This document shows positions 39,271 through 52,924 of a stretch of 64,000 nt of DNA, piece after piece (the first letter of the stretch is position 1; every line of letters starts with the position of its first letter). Source of the stretch: Octopus sinensis (lineage: Eukaryota); assembly GCF_006345805.1 (NCBI RefSeq), contig NC_043005.1, positions 40,424,001 through 40,488,000 of the forward strand, written 5' to 3'. The position numbers and the translations under genes are program-made. The notes under the pieces are model-generated. The model was not told where the DNA came from. It saw nothing but the letters and a program-made list of their open reading frames with translations, and searched no databases.

Positions 39271-39439
39271 CTTGAATTTTTTAAACTAATAAATGTCGGT
39301 TTAAGCAATGCTTTGACTGTTATTTCTAGCAACATTTGTTGGTTTGCTCGTAGCTTTTAAATATTCAATTTGTTCGCTAATGTTTTTGACATTTTTTCAC
39401 TGTTTACTATAGCTGGTTTAATGTTTTGATATTTATAGT

Positions 39440-40030
39440 ATTTCGAGTGAAATAAATTCACTGATCTACAAAATTAGAACTATTGCATTTGTAAATCTCT
39501 CAGAGAGACTTATACAGTAGTAGCACGATAAAGTGATGGTTTATTGCCAACTTAATGTGGCAGTCCCAGGAAAGGGAAGAATGCTACTGCTATTTAGCCC
39601 CAGGAAACACCGTTTCCAGTTGGGTATGTGACACAAGCGTTCTGTGTCCTTAAGTTTTCAAACAGGGAAGATAAACACCTCCACCTGTAGATCAGTGAAT
39701 TTATTTCACTTGAAATTCTATAAGTTTTTAAAGGAGGATAAGCATCGACAGGTAGCAAGCCAAGCTACTCCAGACTGATGAAGAGCAATGACTCTGGAAA
39801 TAGTCTCTGGATGCTGGGTTTGTTGGGTGGAGGTGCTTATCTCCCCTGTTTGAAAACTTAAGGACACAGAACGCCTGTGTCACATAGCCAACTGGAAACA
39901 GTGTGTCCTGGGGCTAAATAGCAGTGGCATTCTTCCCTTTTCTGGAACTGCCACATTAAGTTGGCAACAAACCACCACTTTATCGTGCTGCTACTGTATA
40001 AGTCTCTCTAAGAGATTTAGAAATGTAATA
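39440..40030. repeat. Interleaved inverted repeats A-B-A'-C-B' with hammerhead motif in C
   Basis: A 39440-39470 pairs with A' 39686-39716 (30/31 match). B 39481-39685 pairs with B' 39826-40030 (205-bp arms, roughly 90% identical by eye). Confidence 0.92.
39770..39811 (+). ncRNA. Minimal type-I hammerhead ribozyme-like motif
   Basis: (t)ccaga CTGATGA agag caatga ctct g GAAA TA GTC tctgg(a). Stem I is 6 bp, the core CUGAUGA/GAAA is canonical, stem II is agag/ctct and the triplet is GUC. Stem III is one base short of the ACTAGT palindrome. Confidence 0.7.
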
Positions 40031-40096
40031 CACACACACATATATATACACATATACATACATATATATATAAACTTAAAAATATGTGAACGTGTA

Positions 40097-40148
<52 letters not shown>

Positions 40149-40149
<1 letters not shown>

Positions 40150-40682
40150 AACGAGGCATGCAACCTAAAGAATATTTCCCTTCATCAGTTGTCCCTATTT
40201 CATCTACTCCGCATTCGAAGGCAAGGACAATACGCGACTTCGTTGAAGCAGTCCTTCCCGCAAAGCAATCCCTATTCTTCTCATCTCCTCTTCACTGTTC
40301 TCTCTCTCACTCTTCCTCCTTGACTCTCTCGTCACTGACACGTGACGAAAGGGAATCTATCTTTCTGCCCATTTCTTTCCTAAAGACAACACGTGCTTAT
40401 ACATGTCTCCATTTATATGCTCGTCCTCCTAGTGTTCATAATAATTTTTCTATCTTCTTAGCTTAACAGCTCTCACCGTTTGTTTTTACTGTCGTGTTCT
40501 CACTGTCCTGTTCTTGTTACCACTTTCACCCTCCGATAAAAAAATCCCAAATTTTATTTAATTTGTTTTGCGGGAATGACTGTTTCAACGAAGTTGCGTA
40601 TTGCCCTTGGCTTCGAACGTGGAGTTGATGAAACAGGGACAACTGATGAAGGGGAATATTCTTTAGGTTGCATGTCTCGTTT
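40149..40682. repeat. Inverted repeat, ~120-bp arms (40149-40269 / 40563-40682)
   Basis: aaacgaggcatgcaacctaaagaatatttcccttcatcagttgtccc... versus ...gggacaactgatgaaggggaatattctttaggttgcatgtctcgttt. Confidence 0.88.
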
Positions 40683-40857
40683 CTCTATTTGTTTATATTT
40701 TTCGTTGTTGGAAAAGAAGTTCGTTTTCTATGTTTTGTTTCTTATGATTTCGTTTCTCATTGTGTTCAACATTTTTTTGATGTCCTGTACCCATATATGC
40801 ATGTATATATACATATATATGTAGGTATGTACATATATGTATATATATGCATATATT

Positions 40858-40894
<37 letters not shown>

Positions 40895-40901
40895 CGTATA
40901 C

Positions 40902-40983
<82 letters not shown>

Positions 40984-42024
40984 AATTTGTATAGTGTATA
41001 TGTATGTATGTGTGTAGAGAAGCCGATAGAATAAGAACTGGGTTTGAAAAAATCTGGTACTGGGGTCCAGTTTTCCACCAAACCCTTCTAGGAAGTGCCC
41101 CAGCATGATCGCAGTCCAATGACTGAAGCATGTGAAAGATAAACGATAAAGAAAGATATGTATGCATCTGAGTGTATGTGCATGTGTATCAGTGTTTGTG
41201 TGAGTGAGTGTGTATTCGTGCGTGTTCATTATATTTGTCGTTATACATATTCTGATCTGCGAAAATAGATTATTATTTCGTGTCTCTATGGAATTTTCCA
41301 TTATTTCTCGTATCAAGAGGTTTGGGAACTGAGATTTTTGTTCGCGAATCTAGAAAACATTATAAATGTCTGAAAATAGTGTGAGCGAAATTCGAAGAAT
41401 ATTTCTGATAGGGTTTGCGGCGAGAACGTTTATTGCTGACTATCACGACTGTAGATAGATCACAATGATTGAACAGATATTGAATGATTTCCGAAATAAG
41501 CTTGAAATATTTCTAAATACAAATATTTAAAAAGCGAACAAATAACAACTATCCCAACATTTATAAAGAATCCTCTTTGTTTGATGACAATGAGAACTTT
41601 GTAATAGAAGCAGAAATTCTTCAATAAAAGGGAAATTGTAGCAATACATAAAAGAAACAAAAATATTGTAAAACCAAACCACTTACTTGAATGGTAAATA
41701 TATTACAACATGGCATACGTAACAAAATATTACGTCTTAATTAAATAAATAAGCTGACATTTCACCAAAATATATTTCAGCCCGAAATGAAACATCAAAT
41801 TCTATTCTTTCTTTGCCTCCAAATATGAAGGCGTTTCGAATCTTGTTGTTTACGAACGTATGTCAAAATATAAATGCAAATACTTTTATAAGTTGGGTGT
41901 ACTCAATACATGTAGTAGAGTGTATTTATTCGTTTGAGGCTGATGATTGACACTCTGTTGCTACTCCCACATTCCTTCACGCTTCTTCGAGGCGGTGCTT
42001 GGTATTTACAAATCCTTTATCTCG

Positions 42025-42490
42025 TATCTCTTACTTGTTTCAGGCATTAGACAACGGCCATGCTTGAAGAATGTTTTTCGAACGAATCGAACCCAGTGCT
42101 CATTGTTTTAAGGCTTAGTACTTATTCTAGCGCTCCTTTTTGCCGAACTGCTTAGTGACGGGGATGTTAACAAACCAACACCGGTTGTTAAGCGGTGGTG
42201 GGAGACAAATATAGACTCAAATATATGTATATATATGGAGGCGCGTGGTTTAGTGGTTAGGGTGTCAGCACCATGATCGTAAGATTGTGGTTTCGATTTC
42301 TGGACCGGGCGACGCGTTGTGTTCTTGAGCAAAACACTTCATTTCACGTTGCTCCAGTCCACTCAGCTGGCAAAAATGAGTAACGCTGCGATGGACTGGC
42401 GTCCCGTCCAGCTGGGGAACACATACGCCATAGAAACCGGGAAACCGGGCCCATGAGCCTGGCTAGGCTTTAAAAGGGCGCATTTATTTA

Positions 42491-42545
<55 letters not shown>

Positions 42546-42695
42546 ATGTATACAACTGGATTCTTTCAGTTTCCGTGTAACAAATCCACTCACAAGGCGT
42601 TGGTCAGCCCGTGACTATAGTAGAAGACACATGCTTAAGGCGCCACGCCTTAGTAGGACTGAACCATGTAGTAGGGAAGAAAACTTCTTACACAA
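42025..42695 (-). mobile_element. SINE family 1 split by an oppositely oriented SINE (42237-42490, +) in its internal (TA)n
   Basis: The family-1 tail is at 42025-42215 and the head at ~42555-42695. The insert has a tRNA-like head (tggtttagtggttagg...gtttcgatttc) and gcgatggactggcgtcccgtccag. Confidence 0.8.
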
Positions 42696-43635
42696 ATTTC
42701 AATTGCAAAATTATATGTAATGGTAGTCTGCAAAATATTTAAAATCGATAATTTTTTTCTATTCTTTTTACTATTTTCTACTATCGAAAAAGTGCTGTGT
42801 ATTCCAAGACCATTATAAAACATCAAGGTCTTAGATATGTAACATTATGATCAACTGATTTTATTCAATCAAAATAAGTAGACGAAAGTTCTCTCTGAGT
42901 CTAAAAAATTATATACAGCAAACGAGGGATTTGATTCACTAACAGCAGTATTGCTAAAAATTTTTGAGCAGTATACAACAACTAAGATGTGAGTGGAAAT
43001 GATCTTTAAAATTCAACTGATGAAAGCAGTGGACATGTTACGGACTTGTTAGATCTCTTCAGCAATGCGTATTCAACTCAGCTGAAAATTCGTTAGGAGA
43101 CTGTTCTGTAAACAAACATTAAGAGCCTGTCAATTTATTACATGTATATATTGATTTGAAAAACTCATGTCAGCAACAAAAACTCCCTTGTTTATAATCT
43201 CAGATCATCAAAGTGTTTTTCAGCTCACTATACTGCGCTATCACATTTGTATTTACTATTCAGGTCGTTACTCAGGAGCATAGTACTGATATTCGTAAAC
43301 AGCGCTACTACATTCCCTACACACACACACACAGTCACACACACACAATCAGACACACACACATACAATCACACACACATACACAAACACATACACACAC
43401 ATACACACATACATATAATAACTCTTATTCTATAGATTATTGCGTAAGATATTCCTGCTGAAAAGGTGCAAAAAGAACGAAATATGTCCGTTGCTTTCAT
43501 CTGCTGGTTTTTAAAGACTAAATAGACTCTAATTGTTTTTTTTAATCTTTTATAAGATTGGCATGGACGGTATGAGTAGGAACCTGTGGAAATCATATGA
43601 ATTTGCAGTATCAAAGCCAAGGTTATTTGAGAAAA

Positions 43636-43877
43636 TATTATAAATTTTATAGATAAAATATTTTTTTCTATGAACGAATTGCGATTTATAACATTGCTGC
43701 TATGGGAAATTGTTGCTCTGCTTTACGAGTTTTCGCTTTAAAAGCAGTCACCAGGAACAAATTAACTCGTAGATTAATCGAAAACTCGTAAAGCAGAGCA
43801 ATAATTTCCCATAGCAGCAATGTTATAAATCGTAATTCGTTCCTAGAAAAAATATTTTATCTATAAAATTTATAATA
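43636..43877. repeat. Inverted repeat, ~100-bp arms, 43-bp spacer
   Basis: 43636-43735 is the near reverse complement of 43779-43877. Confidence 0.92.
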
Positions 43878-44559
43878 CTCCTAAATTAATGGCAATAAAA
43901 CAACAGTAGAATGTAAAGAATATTTCACGTAAAGTAAAAAGAATGTCACGATTATTTATACTAAAAATATATTATTATTATTATAATCGTTTCCTGAATC
44001 ATTTTCACTCGCACTAGACTCGCGCACACCATCACTTGTAGTCGTGATCATCGATTCACAAGCACTTGTAGACGGACTTGTAGATTTCTTTTTAAAAATC
44101 AAGTCTCTAGTTTTTTGCTTAGAAGACGCTCTTATTCGCCCTCTATAAATTTCTTGGTAAGACGTAGAAGCATTTGTTATGGTAGTAGAATCTGTTGCAC
44201 TTCGTTCAAGATTTGGATCTTGTGCTTGAAAAATTTATAATAAAATAAAATTCGTAAACCAGGGGGTCTCGTAAAACGGATCCTCGTAAAGTGAGGCATT
44301 ATTGTACTTAGGAACAGTGATTGTGATACACTACAACATGCTAAAATGAAAGGGAAAGTTATAGCTGTGCATTATAAAAGCATCAATATTAAATGATAAA
44401 ATCCGTCAGGAATATAATTCCAAATATAAATATAGTAACCATCTATCCCTCTGATAAACTAGAACTTCCATATAATCATTCGAAATCTGTGCAAATTGCA
44501 AGGCTTAGTAAAACAATCAAACTATCTACTACTTTCTAAATCCTCCGGCCAAGAACTGA

Positions 44560-44865
44560 AATAGATGTTCCTTCTCGAGCCACGCCTGGCTCATAAGGGT
44601 AGGTCTCCCAGTTTCCTTGGCGTATAGGCTCTCCACCTGGACGGGACACCGGTTCGTCGCAAGTGAGCTGCAAGACGCAGGAAGAAAGAGTGAGAGAAAG
44701 TTGTGGCGAAAGAGTCAGCAGAAGTTCGCCATTACCTTCTGCCGGAACCGCGTGGAGCTTAGGTGTTTCGCTCATAAACACACATATCGCCCGGTTTGAG
44801 ATTCGAACCCGCGATCCCTCAACCTCGAGTCCGCTGCTCTAACCACTAGGCCATGTGCCCTCCAC
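44560..44865 (-). mobile_element. SINE family 3-related
   Basis: Revcomp gtggagggcacatggcctagtggttagagcagcggactc...gggttcgaatctc...gagcgaaacacctaagctccacg...ctttctctcactc. Confidence 0.8.
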
Positions 44866-45419
44866 AGCTGAAATAGATATGATGTATCCACCATGTGCAT
44901 TTTGTAAAAGTAACCTGATGAAAATAGAGAATTATAGCTCAATAGCAATAGTGAGTTTTTACTTTCACGCAAAATAACATGGAAAAGCAAAGAAAGCAAA
45001 CTTTTTTGTGTGTAGAAGTTACTAAGTAAAATACAAAGTAGAAGCTAAGCTAATTATATGAAAAGAAAAAGAAGAAAAAGATTAAATACAACCACTAAAC
45101 TAAAGAAAACATTTTAAAAAGATCAAATCAAAACAGAACTCAAAGTAAAATTATGAAAAGCAGCAAGAAGACCTATGTAGAAACGACGCTGCAAGACTGG
45201 GTTGAAAGGGAGTTAGCCAGTATGAAAGCCAAAAAGAGTTTGTACGTTTGAATGCAGTAAAAACGAAACGTTTGATGCTTAACCGCTAAAGATCAATGAT
45301 TAACTGCAAAATACTAAAATAGACAATAAAGCAAAAGGCTGACGTCAGCGGAAGGCTATACAATCATCGTAAATTTCCGGTTGCCAGTTTTCGCAGCGAC
45401 ACAATACATTCACATTCAC

Positions 45420-45790
45420 AACCGGTTGGGTTGCTGCATACATTCTGAAATATGCAAACATTTCCACACCAACACATGAATAAATGGGATGAGCATTCAC
45501 CAAATCCGGTATGTAACAGTGACACAATTATAATGTAATGCGATATGTCTTCCCATATTGAGAAAGAGTTGAAAGTGACCCACCTCCAGTTATCATAACG
45601 AAAGTGAAAAAGAAAATTGTTTGCTCCCTGACAGGCGTTCCAATCTCTTCCGATGAAAACATCATTGAGATACTTCTCGAAGTAAAATAAGCAAGTTGTG
45701 AAATATAGGAGAGAAAAATTCTGTAAAGAATAGATTATAAATGGATATGAACAAAAGCATAAAACTACACCAGAGCTCATGGCTTGTTTT
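45420..45790 (+). mobile_element. Highly decayed R4/Dong-type RLE fragment
   Basis: Across frames: HNRLGCCIHSEICKHF, KWDEHSPNPV...TII.*CD...IEKELK, ENCLLPD, SDENI. Confidence 0.55.
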
Positions 45791-46073
45791 AAGGAGACTG
45801 GATGTTAATTGAATAATGAAGATAACAATAATTGTTTCTAACATAGGCATAAGGCCATAGATTTAGGAAAAGGGGCTGATTAATTAAATCTACCTCATTA
45901 CTCCATTAGTTATGTTATTTTATCAACCCAGAAGGATCAAATGCAAAGTCAATCTCGACAGGATTTCGACTCAACATAAAGAGCCGTAACTGAATACCAC
46001 GAGGCATATTGTCCGGCTCCCTTGTTATTCAACAAATTCAATGATCAGGGTCAAATTTGGTGCAGCTAATAAC

Positions 46074-46347
46074 AAAGTAGCAGGACCTAGCCATTGAGTT
46101 ACAGAAGTTATGGAAAGTGTGGATAAAATGTATCCCTTTAGGAACCATTCCTAAAGATTTGAACAGATGTATAGAAGAAAGAGGCATAAAACTTTGTTTA
46201 GTGCAGCTACAGAAAACAATATTCTTAAGGACAACTAGGATACTTAAGAAGGTTATTGGCATCTAAGGTTACTTGTAATCCGATGTTTGAGATTTTTTTC
46301 CAACAGTCTAAACTGTTGTGCGTAAATGAAATAATAATAATGATGAT
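46074..46347 (+). mobile_element. 3' end of an R4/Dong-type LINE with (AAT)n-like tail
   Basis: K*QDLAIELQKLWKVWIKCIPLGTIPKDL...LQKTIFLRTTRILKKVIGI* (stop 46264-66), a short UTR, then aaataataataatgatgat. Confidence 0.75.
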
Positions 46348-46539
46348 TTCTTTTATTTGCCACCAGGGCGAGTGATGACGGGATGAAACAAAGAATGACA
46401 TAAAATACGGAGTTTACAAATAATGAAATGATAGAAAAAAAATGTGATATTGCAAGACTGTGTTGGAAGAAAGAAAAGAAAACTAATAAGTTGCGAAAAC
46501 CAAAAAAATCAAAAACAACCTTGCTTGATAACCTTAAAA

Positions 46540-46724
46540 CAGTGCTCCGCAACCAGTGTGCCGCAGCACACTGGTGTGTCACGAGGCAATGCAAGGCGTG
46601 CCGCAGTGTAACCTGAATGCAATTTTTCCCCTATACTTTTAGTTATAGTTTTATTTCAGGTGTGCTGCTAAATTTTGAAAAGAATGTAAGTGTACCGCAA
46701 GTGAAAAGAATTTGCAGAGTACTG
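46540..46724. mobile_element. hAT-type MITE (185 bp) with near-identical 8-bp TSD
   Basis: ccttaaaa|cagtgctccgcaacc ... aatttgcagagtactg|tcctaaaa. The internal ccagtgtgccgcagcacactgg hairpin is typical of Charlie-like MITEs. Confidence 0.75.
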
Positions 46725-46800
46725 TCCTAAAAATGTAAGGGGTAAATTAAATATCTTGATACACTGAAATCTACTGATGTAATAACGCCAAATGAATGCA

Positions 46801-47409
46801 AGAAGAGAGTGAAAAGAGAACTTGAAAAGGAATGGAAGGACAAATTCATGCATGGACCGTACACTAAAGATAAAGTGGGCATTGATTGGGATAAGAGTTA
46901 ATCGTGGCTTTTAAATGATGATGTGAAATGATGCATTGAAGATCTTGAAAGCAGCGAACTAACTACATTAATATCATGTAGACAAAACGAAAGAATCACC
47001 ATTATGTAGAATGTGCGGAACAAAAGGAGAAACGGTCAGCCATCTTATAAAGCGAATATGCTAAGTTGCCATAGTGAGAGTCCAAACGACGACATGATAA
47101 TGTTGCAAGATATATCCACTAGATGATAGCTGAGAAATGTGGGTCTGTCAGAACAGCTTAATGGTGTGAACAGAAACTGGAAGGGGTGTTAGAGAATGAC
47201 AGATTAACAAATTTAAGCTTTTGTGGGACTTACTCATACAGTATGATAGAATGATTGCGGCTGGAAGGCCAGACATTGTAGTTGTAAACGAGAAAGAAAA
47301 AGAGGCCCAAATTATTGATATACCTCTTCCAGAAGATAGTTGAATAAAAGATAATGAGCGTGAAAAGATTGAGAAGTATGAGACACTGAAGGAGGCGGTT
47401 GGAAAAGTG
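46801..47409 (+). mobile_element. R4/Dong-type LINE fragment (zinc knuckle + RLE)
   Basis: WKDKFMHG, CRMCGTKGETVSHL, RRHDNVARYIH, LWDLLIQYDRMIAAGRPDIVVVNEKEKEAQIIDIPLP...EKIEKYETL. Confidence 0.88.
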
Positions 47410-49055
47410 CCCTCTCTAGAGCTATGGCTGCAAAGTCAAACGTTACCAATTCGTCCCTCGAAACACTTCCCATATCTTTTCTAGAACGGAGACCACGTGC
47501 CTCTCCCAGGCAATCAGAGAATGTATGACAATTATGTTGTTACATTGCATTGCTACCATCCCGACCCAGCGCACGACTTTCCTAACTTTGAAACTCAGAA
47601 CACTTATCTTTGTCTTGAAAACGAAACTTTTGAGTTTTGCATCGAAAGAAGCTGCTTAGAGAAGTCATTACAATATCGATTCGGTTCAATTTTGATCGGG
47701 AAGGTTGGCCATCGTTGATTTTGAAATGGCCACTGTAATATAGCTCTTCGATGTTCCTGCAGCAGCTAGCTCTAGATCTCTACATATGTACAAAAAACAC
47801 AAGGAATAGCAAAGTAACCATAAATATGCTCAGACTACTGCACTTCTGTCTATGCACTCAACATGAAACGACCATTACATGGCGAAGTTTTAGTTCAGTC
47901 GCATGACAAATTGAAAAAATATAACAATGCAAGAAAATAAAATCTGTGGGTTGCTCCAATGTGCTATGATTGGTTATCTATGTTTGTCGATTCGAACAAA
48001 GCCAACTGGGGAGACTCAGCAACAAAATTAAAGCTATGTATTCTAAAATAAAACAGAATATAGACAAAAACCACGTGATTTTTTAATGATAAGGGAAAGA
48101 TGTAAGTCGAACATAAACGAAATCTTCTAAAGATTTGCAGAAAGAAACTAGAGGAGTTTTATCAATGACTAACAGAAGCGGTGACTAACATCGTAGCACG
48201 AAGCGGGCATAATAAACGTGCAATTTCAGCACTCAAACACCAACCCATTATCCAGCTACACCAATAAAGATGAGTAAATTGGTAACTTTGAAGCATTGAA
48301 ATGGTTAGCGGGACAATTTCTTTGATCTTCTATCGACAGTTTCTAAGTGTATAAATGTCTGAAGAAGAATTAGGGTTTCTTTTTTTCACCTTCTTTCTCA
48401 CTCACTCACTCACTCACCCATTCTCTCTCTCTAACTTTCTCTTTGTATATATGTGTGTGTACACATACATATGCATACATACATAGATACATACATACAT
48501 ACATACATACATACATACATACATACATACATACATACATACATACATACATACACTCACACACATATATATATATATGTATGTATATATATATATATAT
48601 ACATACATACATGCATACATACATACATATATATATATACATACATATACAAATATGTATGTATATGTGTAGGTATGTATAGATAGTGATAGATCTTTCT
48701 CACATTTGTTTTCTTTCAACAAACAAAATTAATATGTATTATTTTTCTTGAGTGTATGTGTGTGTTGTCCTACTCTTGCTTCCAGTATGATATATTATTT
48801 ATGGGATGCCATATGTATACTTATATGCATGCAGGTATGTATGTATGTATGTATGTATGTGTTTTTTCACTGTTTAGTTATAGAGAGAAGGAAAGCGCTC
48901 GTGCGCCTGTATTTGTTGAAGCCTTTCGAGACATGTGGCGAGATTTCAACAAACCAGAGATCTGGCACCAAAGCTTGCACCAGATTTAACTCCGATAAAG
49001 ATATTCAAACACGAAGTAGTGTGTTAAGCTGGGCGACGAGTTAAATTCACTATCC

Positions 49056-49087
<32 letters not shown>

Positions 49088-49154
49088 TGTATGTATGTAT
49101 GTATGTATGTATGTATGTATGTATGTATGTATGTATGTATGTATGTACGTATGT

Positions 49155-50222
49155 GCGTATGTATGAATGTCATTATTCAGTTTTATTTCAAGATTTCTTG
49201 CCAATAGAGAAAGAGCCGATTTATAAACCTAGATCCAAGCCTTCTTCATAGGAATTTCAACATCAACAGCAGGGTATTTTTGTTTTGTATGTATGTATAT
49301 ATACAGATTTGTATGTCTTGTTTTATGTATGTATTCTCATGCATGTCGTTGCATATCTAGACATGCTCATATATATTTAAATTATAAACTTCTGGAAAGT
49401 TTTACAGATATTTTACTGTTCCAGAGATGGATTAGATATATAGTCTTCGAATTAGCTTTCCCCATTCTGGTTCTGAGAAGCCTAATTTCTCAAGATGGGC
49501 ATTAAGGCAGTCTGTTACATATCCCAGGGCCCCAATAATTACAGGTATAAACCTGAACTTGTAATCTGGATAGAATAACTGCAGATTTCTCAATAGTTCA
49601 GCATAGGTATTCTCTTTTTCACTGATCTTCAGCTTTATGTTAACATCCGCTGGGCCGCTAATTTCCACAGCTGAACACAGATTCTCTTCTCTATCCCAAA
49701 TCATTATATCAGGCCTGTTATGCTTACGTTTTACTGAGGTTTTCACTGGGACATCCCACCAGCACCCATCCTGTGGATTCTTCTTTCTTTGTTCTCGGAG
49801 TTATCCTTCCGACGGATTTCATTATAGAGTGTCCTAGCTACAGCATCATGTCTCATCGGTAGATAATACCTGATGACATTTTCGTACAACAGCTTATTAT
49901 GTGGGGATATCTTCGGTATCTCCACAAAGTCTGCATCGGTTGTCACATTATACTGCTTTTCCTGCATCTCTATCCCTTTTGTGCATCAGGTATTTGGTTA
50001 ATATTCCTTGTTCCTCGATTACAAAGTGGGTGCTCGTAATCTGGCTATTGGTCCATGATAGACTGCTTTGATGATCAATATTACTATCGCCTCGGAGCTT
50101 TCTACTAACCTATACGTGCAAAGTCTTCTGCTCATATAGGCTCATCCTTTCATCTGACGACACATTGTGGTAGAGTCGTGCGACTTCTTTGGGCATGTAT
50201 TTAAAGGTTATCAGACAAGTCT
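49155..50222 (-). mobile_element. 5'-truncated R4/Dong-type LINE flanked on both sides by (TATG)n
   Basis: Minus strand: CDNRCRLCGDTEDI, YYLPMRHDAVARTLYN, KHNRPDIMIWDRE...VEISGPADVN...PVIIGALGYV, then a 3' UTR ending gaataatgacattcatacatac. (TATG)n arrays lie at ~49060-49155 and ~50223-50290. Confidence 0.88.
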
Positions 50223-50339
50223 TATGTATGTATGTATGTATGTATGTATGTATGTATGTATGTATGTATGTATGCATGCATGCATGCATATATGCATGTA
50301 TACACGTATGTATGTTCTCTTTTTTTAATTTTGAAGTAA

Positions 50340-51095
50340 ATGGTCGACTAACATTCCTGTGCCAACTATCAAGCTGGTTGTACATGAGAGCTTTAGATAT
50401 CATTTCGTTAATCATTCTGACGATATGGCCAGCCCAGCTAATCTTACACTTGCTAAACAGGTCAGCATTAGAAACTCTTGTCTTTTAGAGAATAACTGCA
50501 GATTGTCCTGAGAGAGCCTTTATAGAAGATGTCTAGTTGGTTAGTGTGCCGTCTATAGGGTGTTCATGACTCTGAACGAAGCAAGAGAGTAGTAAGAATG
50601 GCAGCTTTATGAACCTGTACTTTGGTGTCATGTTTAATGCCCTTTTCACGATGACAGGGTTTGCCAAATGCGTTGTTTGCTTTTCCAAGACGGTTGACGA
50701 TTTCATCATCAAGAGAAGCGCTCGAGTTCATTTTACTACCAAGATATGTAAATGACTTCTCATACTTCAGGTTTTTTTCCATCAACCTGTATAGGAGTGT
50801 CAGCGAAATTGTGGACCGGTGGCTTCTGCTTGACACCTCAAATTTGCTTAGGAGTAGGGCAAGGTTGGTGGATCACTTACGTCTTCTTTATGCTGATGAT
50901 CAAGCCAAAGGCTTTACAAGCAGCAGAAAACCGGGCTAGAATTTTCTGAGCTTCTTCTAAGGAGGTCGCTACTAGTGCACCAGCATCTGCAAAAAACAGA
51001 TCACGAATAATATTGGAACGTAGCAGTGCTTTGGCTTTGAAACGCTGATGACTTGTATAGTCCATCACTTGTTCGAAACTGGAATTTAACACCAC
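50340..51095 (-). mobile_element. RTE-clade LINE RT C-terminal fragment
   Basis: IIRDLFFADAGALVA..., CKAFGLIISIKKT, FTYLGSKMNSSASLDDEIVNRLGKANNAFG, TKVQVHKAAILTTLL..SES, SWAGHIVRM. Confidence 0.88.
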
Positions 51096-51712
51096 TTTGT
51101 ATGTCAAAGGGTGGAGGAATTCATGAGTAGTCAAAGACCATCCGACAATATGTGCAGATGTATATACTGTTTATATATATTTAAGAGAATTACAGTGAAT
51201 ACGAAGATTAGTACATCAGCGTATTTTCTATTTCTATAGTCAATTATACCGCGAAATTGGTTTAAATTTGTTCGCTGTACGTTTCTGCTGCTTAGGAAGC
51301 TAGCAATTACACAAGCATCCAGCTATTTTTGACTGGTTAGCAGTCCATGCAGCATCGAAAAATCACGTTCATAATGTACCTAAAGCTAAGGTTGGAAAAG
51401 AAAATGTTCTTTGACCTACTTAAAGGTCTAGTACTCTTGTTTCGAACTTAAACCTAAGGCTGGGATGAGGTCAACTATATAGTAGATTTTGTAGCCATAT
51501 CAAATTTCCAAATCTCCTGCAAACATTCTTTTCTCTCAAAATCTATAATATTCTAGCAAAATAATTGTTAGCCAAGTCCATATACACTTAGTTCGCTTCT
51601 GGTCATATCTGTCGTTAGATATTAAAGAAAGTTATATATACATATATAACATTATCAGAAAGTTATATATACATATATAACATTATCATTATTATTGTTG
51701 TTATTATTATTA

Positions 51713-52924
<1,212 letters not shown>

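Noticed and set aside
44282-44306. Tigger/pogo-like terminal sequence (cctcgtaaagtgaggcattattgta)
   Set aside because: No partner terminus or transposase sequence could be identified.
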